Counted from the stretch's first letter, positions 46,721 to 57,978 are shown. The stretch: DNA of 64,000 bases from an uncultured Planctomycetia bacterium (GCA_964430735.1 CAYSFB010000006.1:76089-140088); one strand, 5' to 3'. The notes: generated by a model not told the origin, from the sequence alone. A program made the numbers and translations.

Positions 46721-46951
46721 ATGACTTTGGAGACTCCGAAAAAGGGCAATGACCCCAAAGTCTGGCGCCAATACGGCGAACTCACGGCCATTCCGTTCAT
46801 TTTGGCCGGCGGCCCTCTGATCGGTTATTACATGGGCGCATGGGTCGACCGGCGTTTCGGAACGGCGCCTTGGGCCACAGGAATCCTGATCGCCTTGGGT
46901 TTTGCGGCGGCGGTCAAAGAGGTCCTCGCGATGATACGCAGGGCGCAGTAG
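46721..46951 (+). CDS. atpZ: AtpZ-like (ATPase_gene1 family) small membrane protein preceding atpI
   Basis: AIPFILAGGPLIGYYMGAWVDRRFGTAPWATGILIALGFAAAVKEV matches AtpZ family. Confidence 0.6.
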   Translation: MTLETPKKGNDPKVWRQYGELTAIPFILAGGPLIGYYMGAWVDRRFGTAPWATGILIALGFAAAVKEVLAMIRRAQ

Positions 46952-46955
46952 TCGG

Positions 46956-47321
46956 ATGATCGCCCGTTTTTTGAAGTATTTGTCATTGGGATTCGCAGCC
47001 GCGCTGGTTCCGGCGGTTCTTTGGGTCATCCTGACCGGCCGGTCTTCGTGGTTGTTATCGATGGGATTGGGATCGCTCTGGATCCTGGCCAATCACTTTT
47101 TTTTGTGGCGCTTGAGTCTTGCGGTCGCCAAGCCGGGGACTGCTCCGGGATCGGTCGCAGGGCCGATGGTTCTCAAGTTTCCGGTGTTGTACGCGGCCGG
47201 AGCGGCGATTTTTTTCGTCCCCGGGTTCAAGATCGAGGGGATTTTTACGGTTTTTACGGTTTATATCCTGGCGGCGGCGCTGCTTTTTGTGTTTCGCGCA
47301 ATGAATCAGAAGGAAAAATAG
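46956..47321 (+). CDS. atpI: ATP synthase protein I
   Basis: Four-TM 121-aa protein at canonical position. Confidence 0.65.
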   Translation: MIARFLKYLSLGFAAALVPAVLWVILTGRSSWLLSMGLGSLWILANHFFLWRLSLAVAKPGTAPGSVAGPMVLKFPVLYAAGAAIFFVPGFKIEGIFTVFTVYILAAALLFVFRAMNQKEK

Positions 47322-47330
47322 AACGACCCC

Positions 47331-48248
47331 ATGTTTTTTGCTGCACTGCCCGCATCCGAAACAGCCGAAAAATTAGCCCATCACGCCGCCGAAGCTGCGC
47401 ATGGCGCCGCCGAGGCGGCCCATCACGCGGAGGCTGCTCACGAGGGCGGCGTTCCGCACGCCGTCAATTGGGTTTATCTCTGGGCGCACTCGACTTCCAA
47501 CCCCGAGCTTGCGGCTTGGCTGACCAAATGGGAACCGGCGATCTTCGCGGGCATGGTTGTCCTGATCATCTCAGTTTTTTGCATCCTCGCATCCGGCCGT
47601 GCCAAGCTCATTCCGGGCCGCGCTCAGGCGCTCGTGGAGCTCGTTGTCGAAGGCCTCGACAACCTCACCTGCAATGTCATGGGTCCCAAAGGCCGCGCTT
47701 ACAGCCCCTACATCGGCGCGCTGTTCCTTTATATTCTGGTCAACAATTGGCTCGGTCTCGTACCGCTTCAGAATTCCGCAACAGCCTTTTTGACCACGAC
47801 CGCACCGTTGGCCCTCTGCACTTTTTTCTACACCCAATACGTCGGCATTTCGAAAAACGGCATCTTCGGATACTTTTTCCATCTGATGGGCAGCCCGAAG
47901 AGCGTACCGGAATGGGCGCTCGTTCCACTGATGATGCCCCTGCACGTCATGGGCGAGTTCATCAAGCCGATGAGCCTTATGTTCCGTCTTTATGGCAACG
48001 TCATGGCCGGCCACATCCTGGTCGCCGTGTTCCTGCAGCTCGGCCTCGGGCTCCTCAAGCCCCTGAACATCCCGGTCGGCGTGCCGTTGCACCTGCCGTT
48101 CCTGTTCATGGAAATTCTCGTCGGCGCCATTCAGGCGCTCGTGTTTTCGCTTTTGAGCGCGGTGTACATCGCGATGATGTTGCCGCATGATCACCATGAG
48201 CATGAAGAGCATCACGGGGCGCACCCCGCGAAGGCTCACGCTCATTAA
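47331..48248 (+). CDS. atpB: F0F1 ATP synthase subunit a, with His-rich N- and C-terminal extensions
   Basis: Conserved R-containing TM4 region FRLYGNVMAGHIL; extensions HHAAEAAHGAAEAAHHAEAAHEGG and HDHHEHEEHHGAHPAKAHAH. Confidence 0.9.
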   Translation: MFFAALPASETAEKLAHHAAEAAHGAAEAAHHAEAAHEGGVPHAVNWVYLWAHSTSNPELAAWLTKWEPAIFAGMVVLIISVFCILASGRAKLIPGRAQALVELVVEGLDNLTCNVMGPKGRAYSPYIGALFLYILVNNWLGLVPLQNSATAFLTTTAPLALCTFFYTQYVGISKNGIFGYFFHLMGSPKSVPEWALVPLMMPLHVMGEFIKPMSLMFRLYGNVMAGHILVAVFLQLGLGLLKPLNIPVGVPLHLPFLFMEILVGAIQALVFSLLSAVYIAMMLPHDHHEHEEHHGAHPAKAHAH

Positions 48249-48306
48249 AAATTGACGGCGCGGGATGTCCCGCGCCGCAATCACTAAAGAAAGGAACGAC
48301 AACCAC

Positions 48307-48543
48307 ATGACTCCCGAAACAGCCCTCGCCTTCTCGCTCCCGATCGGTCTCGGAATTGCCGCCCTCGGATCCGCCTTCGGTCTCGGCCGCGCCGTCGCCT
48401 CCGCCATGGAAGCCATCGGACGCCAGCCGGAAGCCCAGTCCAAGATCCAGATGTCGATGCTGATCGGTTGCGCATTCATCGAAGCGCTCACCATCTACGC
48501 GTTCCTCATCGTTCTGATGAACATCGGTAAGGTCACCGCCTAA
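48307..48543 (+). CDS. atpE: F0F1 ATP synthase subunit c
   Basis: Hairpin proteolipid, IGRQPEA loop, carboxylate in C-terminal helix (AFIEAL). Confidence 0.9.
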   Translation: MTPETALAFSLPIGLGIAALGSAFGLGRAVASAMEAIGRQPEAQSKIQMSMLIGCAFIEALTIYAFLIVLMNIGKVTA

Positions 48544-48579
48544 ACGACCTCAACCGCTCCGTAAACCGGGGAAAACGAC

Positions 48580-49080
48580 ATGGATACGCAAGCGATCATC
48601 AAAGCACTGCCGGAAATGGCGACGCAGCTCATCGCCTTTTTGGTGGTGTTCTGGGTGCTGAAAAAGTTCGCCTTCGGCTCGGTGTTCAAGGTGCTCGACG
48701 AGCGCCGCGACCGCGTCAAGGCGGACCTGGCGGAAGCCGAAAAGCGCCGTCAGGAAATGGAAGTCCTGAAGAAGGACTATGAGCAAAAGCTCCAGGCGAT
48801 CGAACAGGAAGCGCGTCTGAAGGTCCAGGCGGCGGTCTCCGATGCGCAGCGCATCGCGGCCGAAATCCGCGAGAAGGGCCAGCAGGACGCCGGCGTTCTG
48901 GTCGAACGCGCCAAGCAGGAGATCCAGCGCGAGTCCGAGAAGGCCCGCGCGCTCATGAAGCAGCAGGTTGTGGAGCTCTCGGCGCTCATGGCCGCGAAGC
49001 TCATCGGCAAGAATCTGACCAATGCCGAGAACGAAAAATACGTGATGGAACTCTTGAGCCGGACGGGGGATCTCTCGTAA
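48580..49080 (+). CDS. atpF: F0F1 ATP synthase subunit b
   Basis: Single N-terminal TM plus long charged helix. Confidence 0.85.
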   Translation: MDTQAIIKALPEMATQLIAFLVVFWVLKKFAFGSVFKVLDERRDRVKADLAEAEKRRQEMEVLKKDYEQKLQAIEQEARLKVQAAVSDAQRIAAEIREKGQQDAGVLVERAKQEIQRESEKARALMKQQVVELSALMAAKLIGKNLTNAENEKYVMELLSRTGDLS

Positions 49081-49622
49081 TGGACCCCGTCGCCGTCGAC
49101 CGTTACGCGCGCGCCCTCTTCAACGCCGCCCAAAAGGCCGGCGAATTGGAGAAGGTCGAGGCGGACCTGACGGCGCTCAAGGCCCAGGTCCGAAAGTCGG
49201 GGCTCAAGAGCTTTCTCGACAATCCTCGGTTTCCGCGCACGATCAAGTTCACGGTGCTCGATCAGGTCGGCGCGATGTTTGCTTCCAAGCTCACGGCGAG
49301 CTTCCTGCGCATTTTGCTCGTCAAGTCGCGGATCGCAATCCTCGAGCGCGCCGTCGACCGTTTTGTCGAACTGCACCGGGAATCGAAGGGCATTGTCCCG
49401 TGCCTACTCGTTCTCGCGTCCGAACCGTCCAAAGACTTTTTGGACCGGATCGAAAAAGAACTCGAACGCATCACCCACCTGGACGTCGAACTCAAGGTCC
49501 TGGTGGATCCGTCCGCTCTCGGCGGCGTCCGTTTGACCATTAAGAACCGCGTGCTCGACGGGACTTACCGTGAGCGCCTGGCAGATCTGAAAGAACGGCT
49601 CCTCGCGGGCCAATACACCTAA
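49080..49622 (+). CDS. atpH: F0F1 ATP synthase subunit delta
   Basis: OSCP/delta family; position. Confidence 0.85.
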   Translation: MDPVAVDRYARALFNAAQKAGELEKVEADLTALKAQVRKSGLKSFLDNPRFPRTIKFTVLDQVGAMFASKLTASFLRILLVKSRIAILERAVDRFVELHRESKGIVPCLLVLASEPSKDFLDRIEKELERITHLDVELKVLVDPSALGGVRLTIKNRVLDGTYRERLADLKERLLAGQYT

Positions 49623-49641
49623 ACGAAGGACTTAAAAGACC

Positions 49642-51156
49642 ATGGCGATAAAACCCGAAGAGATCACAAGCATTCTCCAGAAGGAAATCGAAGGGTACAA
49701 ATCCGACCTCTCGATGAAGTCCGTCGGAACCGTGCTGTCCGTCGGTGACGGCATCGCGCGCGTCTATGGTCTGGACGAAGTCATGGCCGGCGAAATGGTC
49801 GAGTTCTCCAATAAGGTGAACGGCATCGCGCTCAACCTTGAAGAATCCAACGTCGGCGTCGTCATCTGCGGCGATTCGGCCGGCATCCGCGAAGGCGACA
49901 CCGTCCAGCGCACCGGCAAGATCGCGTCCGTCCCCGTGGGCGAAGCGCTCCTTGGCCGCGTCGTGAATCCGCTGGGTCAGCCGGTCGACGGCAAGGGTCC
50001 CATCGTCACCAAGACCACCCGTCCCATTGAGATCAAGGCGCCGGGCGTTATCGACCGTCAGCCTGTCAAACAGCCGCTCCAGACCGGCATCAAGGCCATC
50101 GACGGCATGATCCCCATCGGCCGCGGACAGCGCGAACTCATCATCGGCGACCGCCAGACCGGCAAGACCGCCATTGCGATCGACGCCATCATCAACCAGA
50201 AGGGGCAGGACGTTTACTGCTTCTATGTCGCGATCGGCCAGAAGGCCTCGACCGTGCTCGGCATCGTCGACACGCTCGAAAAGCAGGGCGCCCTCAAGTA
50301 CACCACCGTCATCATGGCCACCGCCGACGACTCCGCGACGCTGCAATACCTCGCGCCGTTCTCGGGCGTCACGATGGCCGAAGACTTCCTTTACAACGGC
50401 AAGCACGCGCTCGTGATCTACGACGATCTGTCGAAGCACGCCGTCAGCTACCGCGAATTGTCGCTCCTGCTCCGCCGCCCGCCCGGCCGCGAAGCGTATC
50501 CCGGCGACGTGTTCTATCTCCATTCCCGTCTCCTCGAACGCGCGGCCAAGCTCTCGAACGACAAGGGCGGCGGTTCGCTCACGGCGCTCCCGATCATCGA
50601 GACCCAGGCCGGCGACATCTCCGGTTACATCCCGACGAACGTGATTTCGATCACGGACGGTCAGATCTTCCTGGAAGCCGATCTCTTTTACTCCGGCGTG
50701 CGTCCGGCCATCAACGTCGGTCTCTCCGTGTCCCGCGTCGGCGGAAACGCCCAGACCAAGGCCATGAAGAAGGTCGCGGGACGCCTCCGCCTCGACCTCG
50801 CGCAGTACCGGGAACTTGCGGCCTTCGTGCAGTTCGGCTCGGACATGGACAAGGCCACGCAGGCCCAGATCAACCGCGGCGCGCGGCTCGTCGAAATCCT
50901 CAAGCAGGGCCAGTACAAGCCGATGAAAGTCGTCGACCAGGTCGCCATGATCTTCCTCGGGATCAACGGTCTTTGCGACGAAGTCCCGGTCAACAAGATC
51001 ACGGCCTTCGAAGAGCAGTTCATCGAGTTCCTGCACAAGAGCTATCCCGACGTCGTGCACAACATCGAAAAGACCAACGACCTTTCGCCCGACGACCAGG
51101 AAAAGCTGAAGAAGGCCGCGGCCGAGTTCAAATCCAAAGGAACGTTCAAAGCCTAA
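49642..51156 (+). CDS. atpA: F0F1 ATP synthase subunit alpha
   Basis: GDRQTGKT P-loop, 504 aa. Confidence 0.95.
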   Translation: MAIKPEEITSILQKEIEGYKSDLSMKSVGTVLSVGDGIARVYGLDEVMAGEMVEFSNKVNGIALNLEESNVGVVICGDSAGIREGDTVQRTGKIASVPVGEALLGRVVNPLGQPVDGKGPIVTKTTRPIEIKAPGVIDRQPVKQPLQTGIKAIDGMIPIGRGQRELIIGDRQTGKTAIAIDAIINQKGQDVYCFYVAIGQKASTVLGIVDTLEKQGALKYTTVIMATADDSATLQYLAPFSGVTMAEDFLYNGKHALVIYDDLSKHAVSYRELSLLLRRPPGREAYPGDVFYLHSRLLERAAKLSNDKGGGSLTALPIIETQAGDISGYIPTNVISITDGQIFLEADLFYSGVRPAINVGLSVSRVGGNAQTKAMKKVAGRLRLDLAQYRELAAFVQFGSDMDKATQAQINRGARLVEILKQGQYKPMKVVDQVAMIFLGINGLCDEVPVNKITAFEEQFIEFLHKSYPDVVHNIEKTNDLSPDDQEKLKKAAAEFKSKGTFKA

Positions 51157-51159
51157 ACC

Positions 51160-53462
<2,303 letters not shown>

Positions 53463-53470
53463 GCACACCC

Positions 53471-53764
53471 ATGAGCACCGCCACCGCCTTCAAGATCGAC
53501 ATCGTCACCCCCGAAGAGGTTTATTTTTCGGGGGAGGCGGTGAGCTTGGCGGCCCCGGGCATCCAGGGTTACCTGGGCGTCCTCGTGGACCATGCGCCCC
53601 TGGTGACCCCGCTCGGCAAGGGCCGGATCGAGCTGCGCCTCGCCGACCGCACCAAGAAGGTCTTCCAGGTCGAAGGCGGCTTCCTCGAAGTGGCCTCCAA
53701 CCAAGTCACCCTGCTCGTCGAAAAGATCACCCCCCTCGAAGCCTCCGCCGCGGCCATCGTTTAA
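53471..53764 (+). CDS. atpC: F0F1 ATP synthase subunit epsilon, beta-sandwich domain only (97 aa)
   Basis: N-terminal beta-sandwich motifs; no C-terminal two-helix domain. Confidence 0.8.
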   Translation: MSTATAFKIDIVTPEEVYFSGEAVSLAAPGIQGYLGVLVDHAPLVTPLGKGRIELRLADRTKKVFQVEGGFLEVASNQVTLLVEKITPLEASAAAIV

Positions 53765-53793
53765 GCCGTAGAATCGGCTACAATAACGGTCCG

Positions 53794-53870
53794 GGGCAAT
53801 TAGCTCAGTTGGTTAGAGCACCTCCTTTACACGGAGGGGGTCGTAGGTTCGAACCCTACATTGCCCACCA
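53794..53870 (+). tRNA. tRNA-Val (anticodon TAC)
   Basis: Cloverleaf: 7-bp acceptor GGGCAAT/ATTGCCC, anticodon loop TTTACAC, T-loop GGTTCGAACCC, encoded CCA. Confidence 0.9.
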
Positions 53871-53879
53871 CATTCAATC

Positions 53880-54560
53880 ATGAAACCGACATCCGGCCCC
53901 ATTCAACCCTTCCCGGCGCATCTTTGCCCCCTTTGCGGGACGGTGGCGGACGGAGTTGTCGCTTCCAGGGATAAAAAACTGCACGCGTGCGGCGGGTGCG
54001 GGCTGGTGTTTGCCGATCCTGCGGACCGGCTGCCGGTCGAAGCCTCCAAAGAACGCTATTTGCTGCATAACAACCGGATCGAAGACCGGGACTACTGCAA
54101 CTTCCTGAGGCGGCCGATCGCGGCGGCGAGGCCTTTCCTGAAGCCCGGTTCGCATGGGCTCGATTACGGCTGCGGGCATGGGCCCGTGTTGTCGCGCCTG
54201 CTCGAGGCCGAGGGCTTCACGATGACCGACTATGACCCGCTGTTTTTTGACGTACCCCTGGCGGAGGCGTATGACTTTGTCTTTTCGACCGAGTGCTTCG
54301 AGCACTTCGAGGAACCCGGACTCGAAATCCCCAAGGTCCTGGCTCGGCTCAGGGCCGGAGGCATCCTGACGGTCATGACCGAGATCTGGGACGACAAAAC
54401 AGACTTCATGGAGTGGTATTACGCCACCGACCCCACCCACGTCTCGTTTTACTCGGCCCGGACCCTCGATTACCTGTGCCGGACCTTCGGTCTCCGGCAG
54501 GTGGCGGGGGACGGACGGAGGGTGTTCGTCTTCCGCCGTTTGGACCCGGATACTATTTGA
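53880..54560 (+). CDS. Class I SAM-dependent methyltransferase with N-terminal Cys4 zinc ribbon
   Basis: CPLCG...CGGCG, motif I LDYGCGHGPV. Confidence 0.7.
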   Translation: MKPTSGPIQPFPAHLCPLCGTVADGVVASRDKKLHACGGCGLVFADPADRLPVEASKERYLLHNNRIEDRDYCNFLRRPIAAARPFLKPGSHGLDYGCGHGPVLSRLLEAEGFTMTDYDPLFFDVPLAEAYDFVFSTECFEHFEEPGLEIPKVLARLRAGGILTVMTEIWDDKTDFMEWYYATDPTHVSFYSARTLDYLCRTFGLRQVAGDGRRVFVFRRLDPDTI

Positions 54561-54612
54561 ATCTAGAGGGGATTTGGTTATAATACCCCCTGCCAAATTT
54601 TCCGACATTATT

Positions 54613-54691
54613 GGGGGCGTAGCTTAGTCCGGTTTAAAGCGCCTGCCTGTCACGCAGGAGATCGAGGGTTCAAATCCCTTCGCTCCCGCCA
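54613..54691 (+). tRNA. tRNA-Asp (anticodon GTC)
   Basis: Acceptor GGGGGCG/CGCTCCC (one G-U), anticodon loop CTGTCAC, T-loop GGTTCAAATCC, encoded CCA. Confidence 0.85.
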
Positions 54692-54700
54692 ATAGAAAAA

Positions 54701-54733
54701 ACGCCGTTCCCGCAAGGGGGCGGCGTTTTTGTT
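54701..54733 (+). terminator. Rho-independent terminator after tRNA-Asp
   Basis: ACGCCG...CGGCGT stem (with inner CCC/GGG) followed by TTTTTGTTT. Confidence 0.6.
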
Positions 54734-54750
54734 TACCGCAGATTGGGCAG

Positions 54751-54776
54751 TTTCCCCGATACCGCTCCCGCCTCCG
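54751..54776 (+). promoter_or_regulatory. Conserved 26-nt motif TTTCCCCGATACCGCTCCCGCCTCCG about 51 nt upstream of ATG 54828 (copy A)
   Basis: Near-identical to 55327-55351 which lies 48 nt upstream of ATG 55400. Confidence 0.35.
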
Positions 54777-54827
54777 TCAGCCTAAGATGGTCATGCGATC
54801 GATTTAAATCATTTGAGGGAGAACAAA

Positions 54828-55298
54828 ATGAACAATTCATTAAAAGGCTTGGGTTTGACTGCATGGGTCGCGCTGGGATTTTTGTGGATGGCGTTTACCC
54901 TTTTCGGAAGAGCCGGCATCGCCAATGCGGCTGAACAAGAATTTTCCGGAGAAGTGACGCGCGTCCATTCGCGCGTGCAGCAGGTCATCATGAGCGTGCC
55001 GGACGGCCACAGCGTTGAGGGCAGGCAGGTGGTTGTGAGAGTCGACCGAAACACCGATTTTATAGGATTCGAGGACCTCTCCGAGCTAAAAGAAGGCGCT
55101 TCCGTCCAGGTGGAAGCCAGAAAGAACTGGTACATGCGTCTATGGCTCGCCCGGCGATTAACCTATGACCCTTCGGAAGGCTCTGGAGGCATCAGCCGGA
55201 CCGACAAGGCCGGACTCCATGACATCGAAAACAGATCCGCCCATGGGCAAATGGGGGATATCGAATTCGAGACCAAGCGGCAGGTCTTCAACAAATAA
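54828..55298 (+). CDS. Secreted hypothetical protein (possible TTG start 54813)
   Basis: SD GAGGGAG 8 nt before ATG; signal peptide MNNSLKGLGLTAWVALGFLWMAFTLFGRAGIANA. Confidence 0.45.
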   Translation: MNNSLKGLGLTAWVALGFLWMAFTLFGRAGIANAAEQEFSGEVTRVHSRVQQVIMSVPDGHSVEGRQVVVRVDRNTDFIGFEDLSELKEGASVQVEARKNWYMRLWLARRLTYDPSEGSGGISRTDKAGLHDIENRSAHGQMGDIEFETKRQVFNK

Positions 55299-55326
55299 GC
55301 GGCTTCCCCTACGATGGGTCGGGTGA

Positions 55327-55351
55327 TTTCCCCGATTCCGTCCCGCTTCCG
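55327..55351 (+). promoter_or_regulatory. Conserved motif copy B TTTCCCCGATTCCGTCCCGCTTCCG upstream of small basic protein gene
   Basis: See copy A. Confidence 0.35.
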
Positions 55352-55399
55352 ATAAGTTTATTCTGTCCTTGCAACCAAATTGAAAAAGGAGACAAACAC

Positions 55400-55519
55400 A
55401 TGGCAAAGAAATCTCGCGGGGGCCGGATGACGGCCGCCAAAAAACGGGCCGCCAAATCGACCGGTGGACGCGGAAAAGTCAAAAATCGCAAGACCGGCAA
55501 AAGGATCATGTCCACGTAA
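55400..55519 (+). CDS. Small highly basic protein (39 aa), unannotated
   Basis: MAKKSRGGRMTAAKKRAAKSTGGRGKVKNRKTGKRIMST; SD AAAGGAG 7 nt upstream. Confidence 0.45.
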   Translation: MAKKSRGGRMTAAKKRAAKSTGGRGKVKNRKTGKRIMST

Positions 55520-55520
55520 G

Positions 55521-55877
55521 ATGAAGATCGTGAAGTGTTCCGTTTTGGCGGCGGCGTTGGGCTTATCGGCCCTGAACGCCGGCGCCGAGCCGGCCGAGAC
55601 CGCCCTGTCGTTGATGAGCCTGGCCGGGATCCATCGGGACCGGGGGGACCATCGTCAGGCCGTTCTGCTCTACCGCCGGTCGGGAGAGATGACGGAGAAA
55701 AGTTTGGGTTCTCAGGACCCGTTTTTGCTGGCGGTTTTTTACGGACTCGCCTCCACATACGAGGAGATGCGGGACTATGACGCCGCCGAAGCCGTTTATG
55801 CGGAGATCAGACTCCGGGGTTATCCCGAATGGGCCGAGCAGATGGAGCTTCGAGCCGACATCATGCGGAACGCATGA
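55521..55877 (+). CDS. Secreted TPR-like hypothetical protein
   Basis: Signal peptide MKIVKCSVLAAALGLSALNAGA; helical repeat AVLLYRRSGEM...YEEMRDYDAAEAVY. Confidence 0.45.
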   Translation: MKIVKCSVLAAALGLSALNAGAEPAETALSLMSLAGIHRDRGDHRQAVLLYRRSGEMTEKSLGSQDPFLLAVFYGLASTYEEMRDYDAAEAVYAEIRLRGYPEWAEQMELRADIMRNA

Positions 55878-56038
55878 AGGGTTCAAAACAAAAGGAACGC
55901 GCCATGGTTATTTCCAGCCAGCAGTGCAGGGTGTGCGGGGCCGTGATCCCGTCGGGGTTCACCCACTGCGATGCCTGTTACGACAAAGTGATCGTGGTCA
56001 AGCCAGTTATACGAACGAACAAACAGGGAGACGGACTT

Positions 56039-56167
56039 ATGAAGCGATTTTTGGCAGCGGTTATTTTTGTCACGTGTGCCGCGACGCTGGCGGGATGTGA
56101 GACGATGAAGGGTGCCGGAAAAGACCTCGAAGACGCGGGTCAGAACATCCAAAAATCGGCCAGTTGA
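56039..56167 (+). CDS. Entericidin EcnA/EcnB-family lipoprotein (42 aa); frame is open upstream to a zinc-ribbon segment starting 55904
   Basis: MKRFLAAVIFVTCAATLAGCETMKGAGKDLEDAGQNIQKSAS: lipobox LAGC and entericidin motif; own SD GGGAG. Confidence 0.55.
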   Translation: MKRFLAAVIFVTCAATLAGCETMKGAGKDLEDAGQNIQKSAS

Positions 56168-56173
56168 GGATAT

Positions 56174-57292
56174 TTGAAAAATAAAAAACGCAAAACCGGA
56201 ACGGTCCATAAAACCGTTTCGCCGACTCTCCGGCGCCGGCAGATTCAGGCGGCGCTTGAAATATCCGAAATCCAGTACCGGCGGCTGTTCGAATCCGCCC
56301 AGGACGGGATTCTGATCTTGAGCGCCCGCGCGGGAATGATCACCGACGTGAACCCCTACCTGATGCGGCTCCTGGGCCGGCCCCGGGAAGAGTTCATCGG
56401 CAAAAAACTCTGGGAGATCGGCCTGTTCCAGGACGTCGAGAAGTCCAAAACGGCGTTCCGGGAATTGCAGCGGGACGGGTATATCCGCTATGAGGACCTG
56501 CCGCTGGAAACGCGGGATGGCCGGTATATCGACGTCGAATTCGTCAGCAACAGTTACATGGCCGGGGGCGCACGCGTCATCCAGTGCAATATCCGGGACA
56601 TCACCGACCGCAAGCATGCGGAAGTCGAAAAAGCGATCCTCGAAACGATCGAAAAAGAGCAGCGGCGCATCGGTCACGATCTGCATGACGGTTTGTGCCA
56701 GCAATTGACCGGTGTCGCGCTCATCGCCAAGGCCCTGTCGCTCAAGCTGGCCGTCCGCGAACCCGCCGGATCCGCCGAGGCCGACGAGATCGTCGGTCTG
56801 ATCAATCAGACCATCGATCAAACGCGCGATCTGGCCCGCGGCCTCGCGCCGGTGGAGGTCGAGGCGGCCGGTCTCGCCCCGGCGCTGCAAAAATTCGCCG
56901 CCACGGTCGAACGTCTTTACCGCATCGTTTGTGTGTTCAAGTATGACGAAAGCGCGGGTTTCCAATTCCGGTACGAACCGCTTTTGGCCACGCACCTGTA
57001 CCGGATCGTCCAGGAGGCCGTCAACAACGCCATCCGGCACGGCAAGGCCAGGCACGTGGTGATCGCACTCACGGCGGCCCATGTGCAGGAGCGGGGGCTT
57101 CTGACCATTCAGGACGACGGCATCGGATTTGAGCCCAAGCCCGGAGACAAGCCGGGCCTGGGCCTGCGCAGCATGCGCTACCGGGGCCGGATGATCGGCG
57201 CGCGGCTCAAGGTTAACCGTGCCGAGGGCGGAGGAACCCTTGTGACCTGCTCCTTTCCCCACCAGTACACGGCAACCCCGGAAAAATCATGA
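56174..57292 (+). CDS. Soluble sensor histidine kinase (PAS + HisKA_3 + HATPase_c), NarL-family partner
   Basis: H-box HDLHDGLCQQL, PAS (QYRRLFESAQDGILIL), ATPase N/G boxes. Confidence 0.8.
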   Translation: MKNKKRKTGTVHKTVSPTLRRRQIQAALEISEIQYRRLFESAQDGILILSARAGMITDVNPYLMRLLGRPREEFIGKKLWEIGLFQDVEKSKTAFRELQRDGYIRYEDLPLETRDGRYIDVEFVSNSYMAGGARVIQCNIRDITDRKHAEVEKAILETIEKEQRRIGHDLHDGLCQQLTGVALIAKALSLKLAVREPAGSAEADEIVGLINQTIDQTRDLARGLAPVEVEAAGLAPALQKFAATVERLYRIVCVFKYDESAGFQFRYEPLLATHLYRIVQEAVNNAIRHGKARHVVIALTAAHVQERGLLTIQDDGIGFEPKPGDKPGLGLRSMRYRGRMIGARLKVNRAEGGGTLVTCSFPHQYTATPEKS

Positions 57293-57978
57293 AAAAGATT
57301 ACGAAGACCGCCTCCACCCCTTCCAAAGCCAAAAAATCAAAGATTCTGATCGTGGACGACCATCCGATCATGCGGCGCGGACTCGCTGAGCTGATCAATC
57401 TGGAAGAAGATCTCATCGTTTGCGGAGAAGCCGGAACCATTCGGTCGGCCCTCGAATCGATCAAGACCCTCTCCCCGGACGTGGCGCTGGTGGACCTCTC
57501 GCTCAAGGACGAAAGCGGCCTTGAGCTCATCAAGGACATCAAGGCGCGTTTTCCGGCCGTCCGGATCCTGGTGTTGTCGATGCATGACGAGACGTTTTAT
57601 GCCGAGCGGGTGCTCCGCGCCGGGGCCAAGGGATATGTCATGAAGCAGCAGGCGACGGATCAGGTATTGTCGGCGATCCGGAAGATCCTCACGGGCGAGG
57701 TGTTCCTGAGCGACGCCGTTTCGTCGAAGATCCTGAGGAACTTCACGGGAGAAAAGACCGGCAAGGCCGGATTTTCCGTCGACCGTCTGAGCGACCGGGA
57801 GCTCGAGGTGTTCCGTCTCATCGGAACGGGGGTCGGCACCCGCCAGATCGCTCAGCAGTTTTCACGGAGCGTCAAAACGATCGAAACCTACCGCGAACAC
57901 ATCAAACAGAAGCTCGACCTCAAGGACTCTACTGAACTCACCCAGACCGCGATCCGCTGGATGCAAAGCCAGGCCTGA
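57289..57978 (+). CDS. NarL/LuxR-family response regulator
   Basis: REC (ILIVDDHPIMRRGL...VALVDLSLKD) and LuxR HTH (LSDRELEVFRLIGTGVGTRQIA). Confidence 0.85.
   Translation: MKKITKTASTPSKAKKSKILIVDDHPIMRRGLAELINLEEDLIVCGEAGTIRSALESIKTLSPDVALVDLSLKDESGLELIKDIKARFPAVRILVLSMHDETFYAERVLRAGAKGYVMKQQATDQVLSAIRKILTGEVFLSDAVSSKILRNFTGEKTGKAGFSVDRLSDRELEVFRLIGTGVGTRQIAQQFSRSVKTIETYREHIKQKLDLKDSTELTQTAIRWMQSQA

Noticed and set aside
54763-54772. 10-nt match (CGCTCCCGCC) between the tRNA-Asp 3' end and the downstream region, as a possible island att repeat
   Set aside because: Too short, lies inside the conserved promoter-like motif, and no integrase or other island hallmarks nearby.
55829-55903. Start of the 112-aa ORF at 55829 (MGRADGASSRHHAERMKGSKQKER...) extending the zinc-ribbon/entericidin frame further upstream
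   Set aside because: Overlaps the 3' end of the preceding TPR-like gene; no SD; the ATG at 55904 with SD is the more plausible earliest start.
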